From Camelus dromedarius (Eukaryota): a stretch of DNA of 64,000 nucleotides. The stretch is taken from the NCBI RefSeq assembly GCF_036321535.1, contig NC_087436.1, positions 39,124,001 to 39,188,000 on the forward strand. The letters are read 5' to 3'. The notes under the pieces are model-generated. The model ran no database searches. It had not been told where the DNA came from and worked only from the letters and a program-made list of their open reading frames with translations. Of this stretch, positions 63,255 to 64,000 are shown piece after piece. Positions within the stretch are counted from its first letter, which is position 1, and every line of letters begins with the position of its first letter. The position numbers and the translations under genes are program-made.

Positions 63255-63612
63255 AACAGATGAAGTGAGGCAAATGAGGCAAGCATTGTGACACAGTGTC
63301 AGGCTACTGCTGACCTTCTGATGGTACCTCAGAAGGAGGATCATCTGCTTCAGGTGATCCTGGATCATGGAGCCATGACGATGTTGATGGCTGGATGTCA
63401 GGAGTAGAGGATGTCAATGGTCAGGAATAGGGATGGGAAGCGGGAAGCCTGAGCTGGAGGGCGGGAGACTTCATTCCACTACTCAGAATGGCGTGCAATT
63501 TAAAACTTACAGTTTATTTCTGGAACTTTCAATTTAATATTTTCAGACTGAGGTTGACTACAGGTAATGGAAACTGAGGAAAGCAAAGCCGTGAATAAGG
63601 GTAAACCATTAT
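63255..63612 (-). mobile_element. MER44/Tigger7-family DNA transposon fragment
   Basis: 'tcagaaggaggatcatctgcttc', 'ctactcagaatggcgtgcaatttaaaactta', 'ggaaagcaaagccgtgaataagg'. Confidence 0.8.
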
Positions 63613-63614
63613 AC

Positions 63615-64000
63615 ACATATAGGTGCTCTGAAAGAAAAGAAGAGAAGGCTTTTAGAGAATATAAAATGGGGTCCAAAAATCAGGCTATCAGGAAAGAATG
63701 GAGGGTAAATGATCCTTGGGCTGAGAGGGAATGGTTCGTAGGAGCTAGCCAGGCAAAGAGATGGTGAGAGCTCCAAGTAGCACAGGGAGCATAGAGAAAG
63801 GCCCCAAGGAAGAGAAGAGCTATTCCACTGACAAAACTGAACGAAAGTGAACATACATGAAATGTACTGAGTAACCCGGAGATTGGGGGGAGATGGGGTT
63901 GGACATGTGCAGGCCTTGCAAACCACGTGAGGCATTTTGTATCCATCCTGAGTGCAGTGAAAATCGATCAGAGTTTTGAGTAAAGACAGGCATGATCCTA
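63615..64000 (-). mobile_element. L2 fragment running to the window end
   Basis: 'caggccttgcaaaccacgtgaggcattttgtatccatcctgagtgcagtgaaa...gagttttgag'. Confidence 0.6.

Noticed and set aside
1..64000. CRISPR arrays, operons, rRNA, known miRNA hairpins, CpG islands, processed pseudogenes
   Set aside because: None seen by eye. There are no regularly spaced direct repeats and no match to the conserved miRNAs I could recall; an Rfam/miRBase scan is needed to exclude small RNAs formally.

Overview
AT-rich, CpG-depleted mammalian nuclear DNA, almost certainly from a camelid (alpaca, llama or camel): it carries two tRNA-Ala-derived Vic-1-type SINEs and a cetartiodactyl-type L1 3' end. I recognise no intact protein-coding gene, rRNA, true tRNA, CRISPR array or prokaryotic system. 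The supplied ORFs are chance ORFs, microsatellite translations or transposon relics (L2 RT, L1 ORF2 C-terminus). A large part of the window is old interspersed repeats (L2, MIR, HAL1, hAT and Tigger MERs, MARNA, MaLR/ERVL/ERV1 LTRs), often nested with readable target-site duplications. Repeat family names come from recalled consensus sequences, not a database run, and boundaries without TSDs are approximate. The unique DNA holds candidate regulatory clusters and several minus-strand exon-like segments that may belong to an unannotated spliced transcript or a decayed gene. The most notable observations are a 90-bp ERV-LTR fragment inserted with L1-type hallmarks (16-bp TSD), a poly(A)-only micro-insertion, four consecutive dyads behind a TATA-like element, and the candidate exon chain. 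I found no convincing novel biological system.
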